Notes: generated from the sequence alone by a model not told the origin. 64,000 nucleotides of DNA from a bacterium (GCA_037446635.1 JBBIIG010000006.1:10625-74624), one strand, 5' to 3'. Positions 19,735 through 29,898 are shown, counted from the stretch's first letter. A program made the numbers and translations.

Positions 19735-19749
19735 TGGCATTTTCTTTGC
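19735..19749 (+). promoter_or_regulatory. sigma54 -24/-12 promoter
   Basis: TGGCATTTTCTTTGC, exact spacing, about 75 nt upstream of gene at 19824. Confidence 0.65.
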
Positions 19750-19823
19750 TTTTGTTGAAGTTTAATTGAGAGAATGCTAATCCGAATTTTGTCTTTGATA
19801 ATAGAAAATACGAGGGAATTGAG

Positions 19824-20960
19824 ATGAAACATCGCGAACGGCGATTCCATATTCGTCCGCCCGCGGCCGGCGCCGCGGCCCTGCTGCTGGCTTTTCAAAA
19901 TGGCCTCTTCGCTCAGATGGCCAACCCGCCAGCTTCGCCGCCAACCTTCTATTCCAAAAACATCACCCTCGCCATCGATCAGTTGGCGGTCAACCCGCGG
20001 CTGATTGAAAAAGGGAGTCAGGTCTTGTTTTTGATTTTCAGCGGCAATCCGCAATCTCCCAAACCGTGGGATTACCAGCTTTCGCGCGCCGATCGCGATG
20101 GCAGCGCCGCCTATTTTTTAACTCCCAGCGGCGTGCTCGATTACAACGTGTTAGGCAATGAGCGCGGCGTGCTTGTGCTCATGGCCATTCCGTCGCTGCA
20201 AAGCAGCGGCGACTGCGCCAATTCCTACGAAGAGATCAAAGACTGGGAATTATGGTACATCGATCTCGAAAGCGAGGAGAAACAGTTGTTGGAATCGTCC
20301 AACAATCTGCCGCTTTCTGAAGGCTACAAAATTTTAGGTCTCGCGGATCTACCCAACACCGCCGCCGGAGAAATCATCACCCATTCGCCGGATCAACTGC
20401 ACCGGCTTGTGATCCAAAGAAAGCCCGCCGGTTTTCAATATCGGGTTTCGTTTTACCGCTTGAAGGCCTCCGGCGCGCGCCAAGAAATTTTCGCCACCGA
20501 GTCGTGGCAGTCGTTTAGTGAAGTTGAATGGTGGCCGGAAGTCGTTTGGTTGGACAATCGCCGTTTTGTTACGATTCATTTTCAAAGCATATTTAACGAT
20601 ACCTTTCCGCAAAGCGAAGGCTTATTTTCTATTGTAGAGATTGATGTAATTTCCGGAGCGGCGGCGGAGTTGTTTCGAGATTTTTCCATTAAACCGTTTC
20701 CGCGCCTGGCGCTGAACCCCGATGCCCAGGCCATATTTTTTCAAAAGTTCGGAAGCGAAAAAGATGTTACGGAATTCTGGAAATTAAATTTGGCAGACCA
20801 GAGCGCAGCGATGGTTTACAGTGTGCGCGGCGAATTGGGGGAACCGCGTTTCTCTTCCGATGGCAAAAGTGTGGTGTTTACCGAAGTGACCGATCAGCAC
20901 TTCGACATCATCCGCCTCGATTTGGATCGCAGCAGCATTCAAAATGTCGTAGGCAGATGA
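19824..20960 (+). CDS. Exported hypothetical protein, TolB-like beta-propeller features
   Basis: Signal-peptide-like N-terminus; EPRFSSDGKSVVF, SPDQ and LNPD repeats. Confidence 0.7.
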   Translation: MKHRERRFHIRPPAAGAAALLLAFQNGLFAQMANPPASPPTFYSKNITLAIDQLAVNPRLIEKGSQVLFLIFSGNPQSPKPWDYQLSRADRDGSAAYFLTPSGVLDYNVLGNERGVLVLMAIPSLQSSGDCANSYEEIKDWELWYIDLESEEKQLLESSNNLPLSEGYKILGLADLPNTAAGEIITHSPDQLHRLVIQRKPAGFQYRVSFYRLKASGARQEIFATESWQSFSEVEWWPEVVWLDNRRFVTIHFQSIFNDTFPQSEGLFSIVEIDVISGAAAELFRDFSIKPFPRLALNPDAQAIFFQKFGSEKDVTEFWKLNLADQSAAMVYSVRGELGEPRFSSDGKSVVFTEVTDQHFDIIRLDLDRSSIQNVVGR

Positions 20961-20993
20961 CATTTGAATTTTTAAATCAAAATTCGTATTTTC

Positions 20994-21027
20994 AGCCTGT
21001 TTTTGATTTTTGAAAACAGGCTTTTTT
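20994..21027 (+). terminator. Rho-independent terminator
   Basis: AGCCTGTTTT / AAAACAGGCT stem followed by T run. Confidence 0.6.
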
Positions 21028-21057
21028 GTTCGTTTATTAAAACAAGAGGAAGTCAAG

Positions 21058-21873
21058 ATGTTGAAAGATGAGCTGAGAATTGCAACCGATTTGGCCAAGG
21101 CAGCCGGCGACATCGTGCTGAAATATTATGATCAGGATAATCGTGTGGATTTAAAAAAAGAAAACGAGCCGGTTACCCAGGCCGACCGCGCCTCCAATGA
21201 ATTTATTACCTCGCGGCTGCGCCAGCTTTTCCCGGAAGACGGCATTCTCGCCGAGGAATCCAAAGACGATTTGACGCGGCTTGCCAAGCGCCGAATCTGG
21301 CTGGTGGATCCGATGGACGGCACCCGCGAGTTCATCGATAAGATTGGCGAGTTCTCGGTGATGATCGGCCTGGTGGAAAACGGCCGCCCGATTCTCGGGG
21401 TGGTGTATCAGCCCACCACTGGCGTTTTTTATTCAGCAGCCAAAAACCTCGGCGCCTTTGTTTCCCTGAATGGCGAAAAGCGGCGTCTCAAAGTTTCCGA
21501 CGTTAGCGACATTTCGGCCATGACGATGGTGGTGAGCCGCTCCCACCGCGCGGCGCTGGTGGATAAAATGAAGCACGCCCTGGGCTTGAAAAAGGAAGTC
21601 TCCTCCGGCAGCGTCGGCCTCAAAGTCGGCCTGCTGGCGCAAACCAAATGCGATTTGTATTTGCATCCGAATTCAAAAACCAAAGAGTGGGACACCTGCG
21701 CGCCGGAGATGATCCTGCGGGAAGCAGGCGGCGAAATTACCGATTGCTGGGGCGAGCCGCTGCTTTACAACAAAAAGAATGTTTACAACGACAAAGGGTT
21801 TGTGGCCAGCAACGGCCGGCGCCATCAACAAATTCTGGAAGTCATTCACCCTTACTTAAATGAGCTGACTTAG
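21058..21873 (+). CDS. cysQ: 3'(2'),5'-bisphosphate nucleotidase
   Basis: PVTQAD, LAEES, WLVDPMDGTREF, VSRSH, EWDTCA; ATG 21058 after GAGGA. Confidence 0.9.
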   Translation: MLKDELRIATDLAKAAGDIVLKYYDQDNRVDLKKENEPVTQADRASNEFITSRLRQLFPEDGILAEESKDDLTRLAKRRIWLVDPMDGTREFIDKIGEFSVMIGLVENGRPILGVVYQPTTGVFYSAAKNLGAFVSLNGEKRRLKVSDVSDISAMTMVVSRSHRAALVDKMKHALGLKKEVSSGSVGLKVGLLAQTKCDLYLHPNSKTKEWDTCAPEMILREAGGEITDCWGEPLLYNKKNVYNDKGFVASNGRRHQQILEVIHPYLNELT

Positions 21874-21963
21874 CCGCAGCCGCGCAAAAAATCTCCGGAG
21901 TCTGTTTTGATTTAATATCCGAGATTTCGAAAAAAACTCTGCGTTCTCAGCGTGCTCTGCGGG
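21874..21963. repeat. Degenerate 9-nt periodic repeat / decayed inverted repeat
   Basis: ctctgcgtt ctcagcgtg ctctgcggg at 21937-21963; weak complementary arm ccgcag... at 21874. Confidence 0.5.
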
Positions 21964-22012
21964 GATATATTTTGTTTAAAATGAAACGCCCTATAAGCCA
22001 TTTTTTTGGACG

Positions 22013-22570
22013 ATGACTTTTTATATTTTAGCCGGCGGGCGCAGCCAACGCATGGGGCGCAACAAAGCGCTGCTGAAGATCAATGGCGCAACTTTGATCG
22101 AAACCGTGATCGCGGCCGTTCCCGCCGAGACAGATAAAATAAAAATCGTTGCCAATGCGCCCGCGGCCTATCGCTTTCTGCCCTACCAAACAATCAGCGA
22201 TGTCATTCCATCGTGCGGCCCCATCAGCGGCATTCACGCCGGGCTGGTGGATTCCGGCGCACCGCATAATTTTTTTCTCGCGTGCGATTTGCCGTTTTTG
22301 TCCCGGGCTGCAATTGTTGAAATAATCAATCGCTACCGCGGGCAGGATGTTTTTGGTGGGCGCACCAGCGACGGCATTCAACCGTTGTGCGCCATTTACT
22401 CGAAATCGTGTTTGCCCACTATCGAAGCGATGATTCAGGAAAGAAACTATAGTCTTCACGAGTTGATCCAACGGGTCCATTCTGAATTTATCGATATGAC
22501 CGGCCGCGCCGATTTTTTCAACCTCAACACGCCGGCGGATTGGCAAAGTTTGGTCAATCGCACCTCGTAA
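22013..22570 (+). CDS. mobA: Molybdenum cofactor guanylyltransferase
   Basis: ILAGGRSQRMGRNKALL, GPISGI, ACDLPF, QPLCAIYS, NLNTP. Confidence 0.92.
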   Translation: MTFYILAGGRSQRMGRNKALLKINGATLIETVIAAVPAETDKIKIVANAPAAYRFLPYQTISDVIPSCGPISGIHAGLVDSGAPHNFFLACDLPFLSRAAIVEIINRYRGQDVFGGRTSDGIQPLCAIYSKSCLPTIEAMIQERNYSLHELIQRVHSEFIDMTGRADFFNLNTPADWQSLVNRTS

Positions 22571-22634
22571 GAATTCTCTTTACATAGTTAAAATAATTTC
22601 TATATTAGTAACTTTTGAAATTAGAAAAGCCTCT

Positions 22635-23408
22635 ATGTCAAAATCATACACCAAACTGTGGATGAATCGCAGTTGGTTATTTCGCATAACCTGGCCGATC
22701 AGCAATTATATTTTGACCAACTTGTCGGTCACCATCGGCTACATTTTTTTTCATTTCTTCAATCGCACGATTGTGATTGGCAAGAAAAACGTGCCGCAGC
22801 AAGCCAACACGCTTTTGCTTTCCAATCATCAGACCATGATCGACAACTTTCTGGTGGGCATGTGCGCCTTCTACCCCAGGTCGCTGATCAAACCATCGCT
22901 CATTCCGTGGAATCCGGCCGCTGAAGAGAATTTTTATCGCAACTCGGTTCTGGCCTGGCTGGCCGACAACTGGAAGTGCATCCCCATCAAAAAGGGGCGC
23001 AAAGACGTGGGCGCGATTTTTAAAATGGCCGAGGCGCTGCGTTCCGGCCCGATGATTTTGTTTCCGGAGGGGACGCGTTCCCGCGACGGCGCCATCGGCA
23101 AGGCGCGCGGAGGCGCCGGCTTGCTGATTTTGGAGACCCGCCCGACGGTGATTCCGGTGTGCGTCGATGGCATGGACGCGCTGCTGCCAGTAGGGGCGGC
23201 GCTGCCGCGATTGTTCAAACGAATCTACGTTTATTATGGCGAACCCATCGATCTTTCGGAGTATTACGATCGCGGGAAAAACAAACAAGTGGCGCAAGAG
23301 ATCATAAACCTGGTCATGGACCGCATCCGTACCATGCGCGCGGAGATTCAGGCCATGAAGGCCTACAAAAAAACCTACGAGGGCAAACCGGCGCTGCTCA
23401 GAAAATAA
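22635..23408 (+). CDS. Lysophospholipid acyltransferase (PlsC family)
   Basis: SNHQTMID (HX4D) and FPEGTRS. Confidence 0.9.
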   Translation: MSKSYTKLWMNRSWLFRITWPISNYILTNLSVTIGYIFFHFFNRTIVIGKKNVPQQANTLLLSNHQTMIDNFLVGMCAFYPRSLIKPSLIPWNPAAEENFYRNSVLAWLADNWKCIPIKKGRKDVGAIFKMAEALRSGPMILFPEGTRSRDGAIGKARGGAGLLILETRPTVIPVCVDGMDALLPVGAALPRLFKRIYVYYGEPIDLSEYYDRGKNKQVAQEIINLVMDRIRTMRAEIQAMKAYKKTYEGKPALLRK

Positions 23409-23507
23409 GCTCCCGCCTGTAAAAATTCGCTTCCATCTTTCCATCTAAATTTTTATATTGCCCGTTCAAAACGATTTGGAAGATTTTTTGACGCTCAAAC
23501 GTTTCAA

Positions 23508-23672
23508 ATGAATAAAACGAGAATTCGAGGCGCCGTTTACGCCCTAATTAGTTTATGCGGGTTGGGGTATGAACTGATGTTCATCCAGCCGCCGCGGATG
23601 TTTTTGCTGTTGATGTACAGCTTGATCATTGCCATCGGGTTGTTGTATATCTTCAGATTTTCGGACCAATAA
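23508..23672 (+). CDS. 54-aa two-TM microprotein upstream of porU
   Basis: MNKTRIRGAVYALISLCGLGYELMFIQPPRMFLLLMYSLIIAIGLLYIFRFSDQ; fills the intergenic gap and ends 13 nt before the porU ATG. Confidence 0.65.
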   Translation: MNKTRIRGAVYALISLCGLGYELMFIQPPRMFLLLMYSLIIAIGLLYIFRFSDQ

Positions 23673-23685
23673 TCCTATCGCTGTT

Positions 23686-26600
23686 ATGCAGACAAAATTG
23701 TCGAGAGCCGTCCTTTGTTTTCTTTTCATTTGCGCCGCCGCCATCGCGCGCGAAAGCGGCAACCCAGCCGTGCAGATTTTGAGCGCCACCGCGAACGGTA
23801 TCACTCTCGAATGGACCATTCGCGGCTGGCGCCTGGACGCCCTCCCGGTTGCTGGCCAAGATTTCGCCCTCATTAGTTTTGAGGGCGCGACCGTCATCGA
23901 CGAGCCGGGGCTGCCGCAAATTCCCTATTTCACAGAGGTGATTGGAATTCCGGTCGGCGCCAGCGTCCGCTATCAAATTCTCGAAGCCGACTACGAGATT
24001 CTTGAGCCCTTCAAGCTCTTGCCGCACCCTACTTTAAAAAACGTGGATGATGAAGTTTTATGGGACATCGAGCCGAACCCGGAGGTTTACGCCAGCGCGG
24101 AGCCGTTCCCCGCGGAGTTGGTGAGCGTCGATCCGCCGGCCTTTTTTCGCGATCAGCAAATTGTGCGGGTGCAAGCGGCGGGCGCGCGTTTTCTTCCCAA
24201 CAAAAATCAAATTTGGAAATATAATCGTATCGTGCTGCAAATCGAATTCGTTGGCGGGCAGCCCCGTGTGCAACGCGCCGGCGGCATCACCAGCGAGTCG
24301 GAGGAACGACTCTATCGCGGGGCGCTGCTCAATTACCAGCAGGCGAGGGATTGGCGGCAAAGCCGGCCCCGCTCCTCCAAAATCAATCAAACCTCCAGCG
24401 TCTTCGAATTTGGAACGTTGTACAAATTTAACGTGCAGCAGGAGGGCATTTATAAAATCGACGGCGCGTTTTTGGAATCTCAAAACATCAATCTCAGCAG
24501 CATTGCGCCGGCGAAGATTCGCCTTTTCAACAACGGCGGCCGCGAGCTGCCGACCGCGCTGACCGCCCCGCGGCCGCAGGGGCTGGTTGAGAACGCCATT
24601 CTGGTAGTGGATGGCGGCGACGGCCGTTTCGATCGCAGCGATTACATTCTTTTTTATGGCGTCGGCGTCGAGGGCTGGGAGTACAATCCAACCTCGGCGA
24701 GATTTTCACATTACATTCACCACCACGCCACCGCCAACGTCTATTGGCTATCCTTTGATGGCCAGGAGGATGGCTTGCGCATGGCGCAGGTGACCTCTGG
24801 GTTGCCCGGCGCGTCGATTCAAGAGACCTATCAGGGATTAGCTTTTCTTGAGGAAGAATTGACTAACCCCGTGCGCTCCGGCTTGAATTTTTTCGGCCGC
24901 CAGTTTGCTATTAACGAGCTCGATCAGCGGCGCACCTTTACGTTGGATTTGCCCAACGCTTTAGCCAGCCCGGCAGAGCTGCAAATTCGTTTCGCGGCGC
25001 TGAACGCCGGCATCCATCGCTTCGCTCTTTCGCTGAATAATATTTCGCTGGGCTTGCGGCAATTTTCCGGAGTGGCGCCTTTGATTCAGCCGTATCTGAT
25101 TTTGAAAGCCGGCAATTTTATGGTGCCCGTGGAGAACGCTCTCGTCGCCGGCGCCAACAGTTTGCAGCTCTCCTATTCCCACTTAACCAGCGGCGGCCAG
25201 CCCTCCACCAGCGGCCAGGCGTTTCTGGATTGGTTCGAGCTGTTTTACACGGCGCAGTTGCGAGCCGTGGATAATGAATTGGCGTTTACCGTTTCTCCCC
25301 AAGATGCGCCGCAAACCTACCGCATCGCTAATTTCAGCAGCGGCGTCGAGCTTTACGATATCACCAACTTTGCCAGCGTTCAGAAAATTGTGAACTTCGA
25401 GTTTTCCGGCGGCAGCGTCACTTTCACCGATGACCAGCCTAGTGGTTTGCCGAAACGGTTTTTGGCGCTGACACCGGCAAAATATAAGACGATTCAAAAT
25501 CTCGAACGCGCGGAAGTGGCGGATTTGCGAAATCCACTGCTGGCCGCGGAATTTATCATCATCACTCACGAGGATTTTTACTCGGAAGCCCAGCGTCTGG
25601 AAAGCCTGCGGGAAAACGGCAGCCCGGAAAATCGTATGCAGACCGAAGTGGTGCGGATTTCGGATATCTTCGCCAATTTTTCCGGTGGGCTAATGGATCC
25701 AACCGCGATCCGCGATTTCATCAAACATGCGTACGACAATTGGAGCATCCGCCCGGCCTACGTTCTGCTGTTGGGCGACGGCGATTTCGATCCCAAAAAC
25801 ATCACCAGCCGCAGCGACAAAAATTGGGTTCCGACGTTCCAAACCGATGACCTGAGAACTAGTGATCGTATCGAGGAGCTGGGGACGCGCACCTCCGACA
25901 GTTGGTTCACCTATGTCTCCGGAAACGATGCCGTGATGGATTTGGCCATCGGCCGCTTGACGGTGCAAACCTTAAGCGAGGCGCGGAGTGCGGTGGATAA
26001 GATCATCGCGTATGAGACCCAACCGCAATTTGGCGGCTGGCGCAACACCATCACGATGGTGGGAGACGACGAGTTGGTGAACAACGGCCGCCCCGGTTTT
26101 GGCGACTATGTGCACATCCTGCAAACCGAAACCATCGCCGAAGTGGACCTGCCCGACAATTTTGACTTGGAAAAAATTTATCTCTCCGAATATCCGAAAG
26201 TGATCGGCGCATCGGTGGGCGGCGTGCGCAAGCCCGCAGCCAAAGAGGCGCTCATCCAGCAGATCAACAAAGGCACGTTGATTGTGAATTACATCGGTCA
26301 CGGCAACCCCACCATTTGGGCGCACGAGGCCGTTTTTGAGCAGGCCGATAACCCCCGCGTCCAGAATCCCGGGCGGCTGGCGTTTTTTGTGGCGGCCACT
26401 TGCGACTGGGCGCTGTTCGACAACCCCGAGCGCCAGAGCCAGGCCGAGGAATTATTGTTGGCTGAAAACCGCGGCGCCATCGGCATTCTAACCGCCGCGC
26501 GGCTGGTTTTTTCCAGCAGCAATTTCGCTTTTAACCGGTTTTTCTATCGCGGCTTGTTCGACGCCGATGCGGTCAATCCGTTAGGAGACGCCTTTCTTTA

Positions 26601-27816
26601 CACGCGCTTGCGCACCAGCAACGTCACCAACGACGAAAAATTTCACCTCTTCGGCGATCCCACCCTGCGGCTCGGCGCCCCGAAATATCAGGCCGTCATC
26701 ACCGCCATGAACCCGGACTCTATTCTCGCCCTGAGCACGGTAGAAGTGTCCGGCGAAGTGCAGCGCGACGGCCAACTCTGGAGCGATTTTAACGGCAAAG
26801 CGCTGATTAACACCTTCGATTCCAAAAAGTTTGTGCAGCACAACACCGAAGTTGGGGTGGTGCAGGAGTACTTTTTGCCGGGCAACGCCATTTACCGCGG
26901 CGCGGTGAGCGTTGAAAATGGCCGCTTCACCGCAAAATTTATTGTGCCGAAAGACATCTCCTACGGCGGCAATCGTGCGCGGGTCAGCGCCTACGTTTGG
27001 AACGACGATGTTGATGGCGTCGGATTTCGCGACAACATTCTCGTCAGCAGCACCTCATCGAATTTGGTGGATCGCGAGGGCCCGCAAATGAGGGTTTACT
27101 TTGCCGGTCGTGACAATTTTGTTTCCGGCGATATAATTAATGACAACGCCACGCTGGTGGTGGAACTCGCGGATTCGGTGAGCGGCGTCAACATCACCGG
27201 CGAGATTGGCCACGGCCTGACCCTCACCATCGACCCGGATGAAGAAACCTGTCTCTCCCAACTCAACCGCTTTTTGGGAATCAGCAGCATCGAGTTGACG
27301 GATTTGTTCCAATTTGATGAAGGCAGCCACCTCAGCGGCCGGGTGGAGTTTCCTCTGCAATTTCCAGAGACCGTCAACATCGCCGGGCGGGAGGTGGAGT
27401 GCACGCCGCCGGGAAGCAGCGAGCGCCGGCATAAGCTGATGATTAAAGCGTGGGACAACGCTAACAACTCCAGCACGACGACGGTTGAGGTGGTCGTGGT
27501 GGCCTCCGAAGAGTTGGTGCTGCGCGACGTGCTCAACTACCCGAACCCGTTTCAGCAATCCACCACTTTCACGTTTATTTCAAACCACGATGCGGAAGTG
27601 ACCATTAAAATTTATACCGTGGCCGGCCAACTCATACAGACAATCGCAAATCAGTTCGCGCGCAGCGGCTTCAACATGATCGATTGGGACGGCCGCGACG
27701 CCGCCGGCGATCTGCCGGCCAACGGCATCTATTTGTACAAGCTGATTGCGCGCTCGCTCACCATCTCCGATTCGAAACCAAAAGAGGTGGTTGGTAAATT
27801 GGCGATTGTGCGTTAA
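23686..27816 (+). CDS. porU: Type IX secretion sortase PorU-like C25 peptidase with C-terminal CTD/FlgD-Ig domain
   Basis: Signal peptide; QEGIYKID, DPTAIRDFIK, YVLLLGDG, AIGRL, NYIGHG (His), ATCD (Cys), FGDPTL, FIVPKDISY, KAWDNANN, NYPNPF..WDGRD..NGIYLY. Confidence 0.88.
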   Translation: MQTKLSRAVLCFLFICAAAIARESGNPAVQILSATANGITLEWTIRGWRLDALPVAGQDFALISFEGATVIDEPGLPQIPYFTEVIGIPVGASVRYQILEADYEILEPFKLLPHPTLKNVDDEVLWDIEPNPEVYASAEPFPAELVSVDPPAFFRDQQIVRVQAAGARFLPNKNQIWKYNRIVLQIEFVGGQPRVQRAGGITSESEERLYRGALLNYQQARDWRQSRPRSSKINQTSSVFEFGTLYKFNVQQEGIYKIDGAFLESQNINLSSIAPAKIRLFNNGGRELPTALTAPRPQGLVENAILVVDGGDGRFDRSDYILFYGVGVEGWEYNPTSARFSHYIHHHATANVYWLSFDGQEDGLRMAQVTSGLPGASIQETYQGLAFLEEELTNPVRSGLNFFGRQFAINELDQRRTFTLDLPNALASPAELQIRFAALNAGIHRFALSLNNISLGLRQFSGVAPLIQPYLILKAGNFMVPVENALVAGANSLQLSYSHLTSGGQPSTSGQAFLDWFELFYTAQLRAVDNELAFTVSPQDAPQTYRIANFSSGVELYDITNFASVQKIVNFEFSGGSVTFTDDQPSGLPKRFLALTPAKYKTIQNLERAEVADLRNPLLAAEFIIITHEDFYSEAQRLESLRENGSPENRMQTEVVRISDIFANFSGGLMDPTAIRDFIKHAYDNWSIRPAYVLLLGDGDFDPKNITSRSDKNWVPTFQTDDLRTSDRIEELGTRTSDSWFTYVSGNDAVMDLAIGRLTVQTLSEARSAVDKIIAYETQPQFGGWRNTITMVGDDELVNNGRPGFGDYVHILQTETIAEVDLPDNFDLEKIYLSEYPKVIGASVGGVRKPAAKEALIQQINKGTLIVNYIGHGNPTIWAHEAVFEQADNPRVQNPGRLAFFVAATCDWALFDNPERQSQAEELLLAENRGAIGILTAARLVFSSSNFAFNRFFYRGLFDADAVNPLGDAFLYTRLRTSNVTNDEKFHLFGDPTLRLGAPKYQAVITAMNPDSILALSTVEVSGEVQRDGQLWSDFNGKALINTFDSKKFVQHNTEVGVVQEYFLPGNAIYRGAVSVENGRFTAKFIVPKDISYGGNRARVSAYVWNDDVDGVGFRDNILVSSTSSNLVDREGPQMRVYFAGRDNFVSGDIINDNATLVVELADSVSGVNITGEIGHGLTLTIDPDEETCLSQLNRFLGISSIELTDLFQFDEGSHLSGRVEFPLQFPETVNIAGREVECTPPGSSERRHKLMIKAWDNANNSSTTTVEVVVVASEELVLRDVLNYPNPFQQSTTFTFISNHDAEVTIKIYTVAGQLIQTIANQFARSGFNMIDWDGRDAAGDLPANGIYLYKLIARSLTISDSKPKEVVGKLAIVR

Positions 27817-27840
27817 TTTTTAAATTCAATTGAGGAAAAT

Positions 27841-28383
27841 ATGCGAAGACAAACTTTTTGGCTTTTGATGGCGGCGACCGTGGCGCTCAGCGTGCTGGCT
27901 TTTCAGATTTTTGCCCGCCAAAACGCCCAAACTAAAAAGCAAGAAACGCAAGCTCTCGAGTGGCACACGTTCGACAAAGGTTATGAGCGGGCGTTGAAGG
28001 AAAAGAAATTGCTGGTGATCGATTTTTACACCGATTGGTGCCACTGGTGCAAAGTGATGGATCGCGAAACCTATGGCAATAAAACGGTGATCGATTATGC
28101 CCGCCAAAACGCCATCCTGGCGAAGGTCAACGCCGAGACCGATGAAAAATACAAATTCAAAGAAGCGAGTTATTCCGGCCGCGAGTTAAGCATGATGTTT
28201 GGCGTGCGCGGCTTTCCTACCACCAGTTTTATGAATGAAAAAGGGGAATTGCTCACCTCCGTCTCCGGCTACATTCCGGCGGAGAGGTTTTTGGTGATTC
28301 TGAAATATTTTGCCGGCAACTGGTACGACAAAATGAGTTTCGATGAATTTCAGAAGAATCAACAAGCCAAAAGCAAGGGTTGA
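27841..28383 (+). CDS. Exported thioredoxin-family protein
   Basis: Signal peptide; DFYTDWCHWCKVM; GFPT cis-Pro loop. Confidence 0.9.
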   Translation: MRRQTFWLLMAATVALSVLAFQIFARQNAQTKKQETQALEWHTFDKGYERALKEKKLLVIDFYTDWCHWCKVMDRETYGNKTVIDYARQNAILAKVNAETDEKYKFKEASYSGRELSMMFGVRGFPTTSFMNEKGELLTSVSGYIPAERFLVILKYFAGNWYDKMSFDEFQKNQQAKSKG

Positions 28384-28606
28384 AATCTACTCGAAACCCG
28401 ACTGCCACCTTTGCGACGAAGCCAAGGCCGTGTTGCTGCGGGTTCGCAAGCGATATCCTTTCGAGTTGCTGGAAGTGGATATCACGCAGGACGGCCGCTA
28501 CGATGAATTCCGAGAACAAATCCCCGTGATTTTTGTCAACGAGCGCAAGGCCTTCAAGTATCGAGTTGACGAGCGGGAATTCATCCGCAAACTCGAACAG
28601 GTGTAG
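28343..28606 (+). CDS. Glutaredoxin-like protein (DUF836 type)
   Basis: YSKPDCHLCDEA, EVDI, IPV. Confidence 0.85.
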   Translation: MNFRRINKPKARVEIYSKPDCHLCDEAKAVLLRVRKRYPFELLEVDITQDGRYDEFREQIPVIFVNERKAFKYRVDEREFIRKLEQV

Positions 28607-28770
28607 CGCTCATCACCCGCGCCCAATCGTAGTCCGAATTCTTTTAACACCGAATGCCATTGAGAATTCTTTAGATTCAGAGAGGCCACTTGTTCAAAGT
28701 TCAAAACCAAAAATTCAGTGGGCTTCGGTCTTCGCTGTTGAACATTTTTCAAGCTAAATACAGGATGAGC

Positions 28771-29898
28771 ATGATGACCCCCGCGATGCGCTACAACCGG
28801 TGGTTGCTCACGCTGGCGCTGCTCGCGCCGATGGCTTCGGCCCACGGCCAGAGTTCCAAACCGGTCTTTATTGCCATCAACGATGACCTGCGCTATTTCG
28901 TTGAACTTGCGCATCGCCGCCACTCGCCGCCGCTAGCCAGTTTCGAAATCAATGAAACGATTCTTACCGCCGCGCTGCTGTTCGACGCCCTGGGCGCGTA
29001 CGGGATTCGCTGCAAAGCCGGCGGCGTGCCGTCGAAGCTGTTTGTAAATTCAGAACTGCCGGAGCCGGACAGCCTGTACGCCAATCCGCCGCTGCGAGTT
29101 TTCACCAGCCGCTTGGGCAGTTGCGAAGAATTGGCTGTTCTATATGCCGGCATTTTAGAAGCCGCCGGCGTCAGCAGCGCCATCGCCACTGCTGGCGGCC
29201 GCGTCCTGGTTCTCGTCAACAGCGGAATAAATAAAAAATATGCCGGCGCGGTTTCGCGGGATGTCACGTCGTACATCGTCAAGAATCAACTGGTGTGGCT
29301 GCCGGTGGACGTGGCTCGGGTGGGGAGTCCATTTCAACAAGCGTGGCGCCGCATCGACGGCCGCGCGCCGATGACGATTTTTGAGGTCATCCCGGTGCGA
29401 GTTCTCATCAAAGCCAAGGAAATTGGCACCGGGCGCGTGTTCAGCAGCAATTTATCGCGCTCGACGTTAGACCGCTTGTTCGTCGGCGATCGCGCTTTTT
29501 GGGAAAGCGCTGAGTCCAAACGAAAATGGCAAAAGGTGCAGGCGTTGATCGCAGAAGATCGAAAACTCGCGATGATTCATTTCAACCGCGGCGCGCAGCA
29601 TTTAAGCTCCAACCAACCGGATTTGGCGATCGCGGAATTTTACCGGGCGGCGGAATTTGGCGGCGATTTAAGCCAGTTGCTCTTTTTCATCGCCAAAGCC
29701 TACGGCGAAAAGCAGGACTACCAGATGATGAAAAAAATTGGGCAGCAGTTGATCGAAGCGCAAAAGCGGGATCCGCGCGGTTACCAAATTTTGGGTCTGG
29801 CCTTCTATAACAGCGGCGATAAAGAAACCAGCAAACAGTTGCTGGCGCGCGCCAAATTTCTGGAACGCAACTCCCACGATCTGGCTAATAAAAATTAG
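28771..29898 (+). CDS. Exported protein with transglutaminase-like segment and C-terminal TPRs
   Basis: Signal peptide ending ASAHG; GSCEELAVLYAGILEAAGV...WLPVD; TPR-like helices; start uncertain (28765-28774). Confidence 0.65.
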   Translation: MMTPAMRYNRWLLTLALLAPMASAHGQSSKPVFIAINDDLRYFVELAHRRHSPPLASFEINETILTAALLFDALGAYGIRCKAGGVPSKLFVNSELPEPDSLYANPPLRVFTSRLGSCEELAVLYAGILEAAGVSSAIATAGGRVLVLVNSGINKKYAGAVSRDVTSYIVKNQLVWLPVDVARVGSPFQQAWRRIDGRAPMTIFEVIPVRVLIKAKEIGTGRVFSSNLSRSTLDRLFVGDRAFWESAESKRKWQKVQALIAEDRKLAMIHFNRGAQHLSSNQPDLAIAEFYRAAEFGGDLSQLLFFIAKAYGEKQDYQMMKKIGQQLIEAQKRDPRGYQILGLAFYNSGDKETSKQLLARAKFLERNSHDLANKN

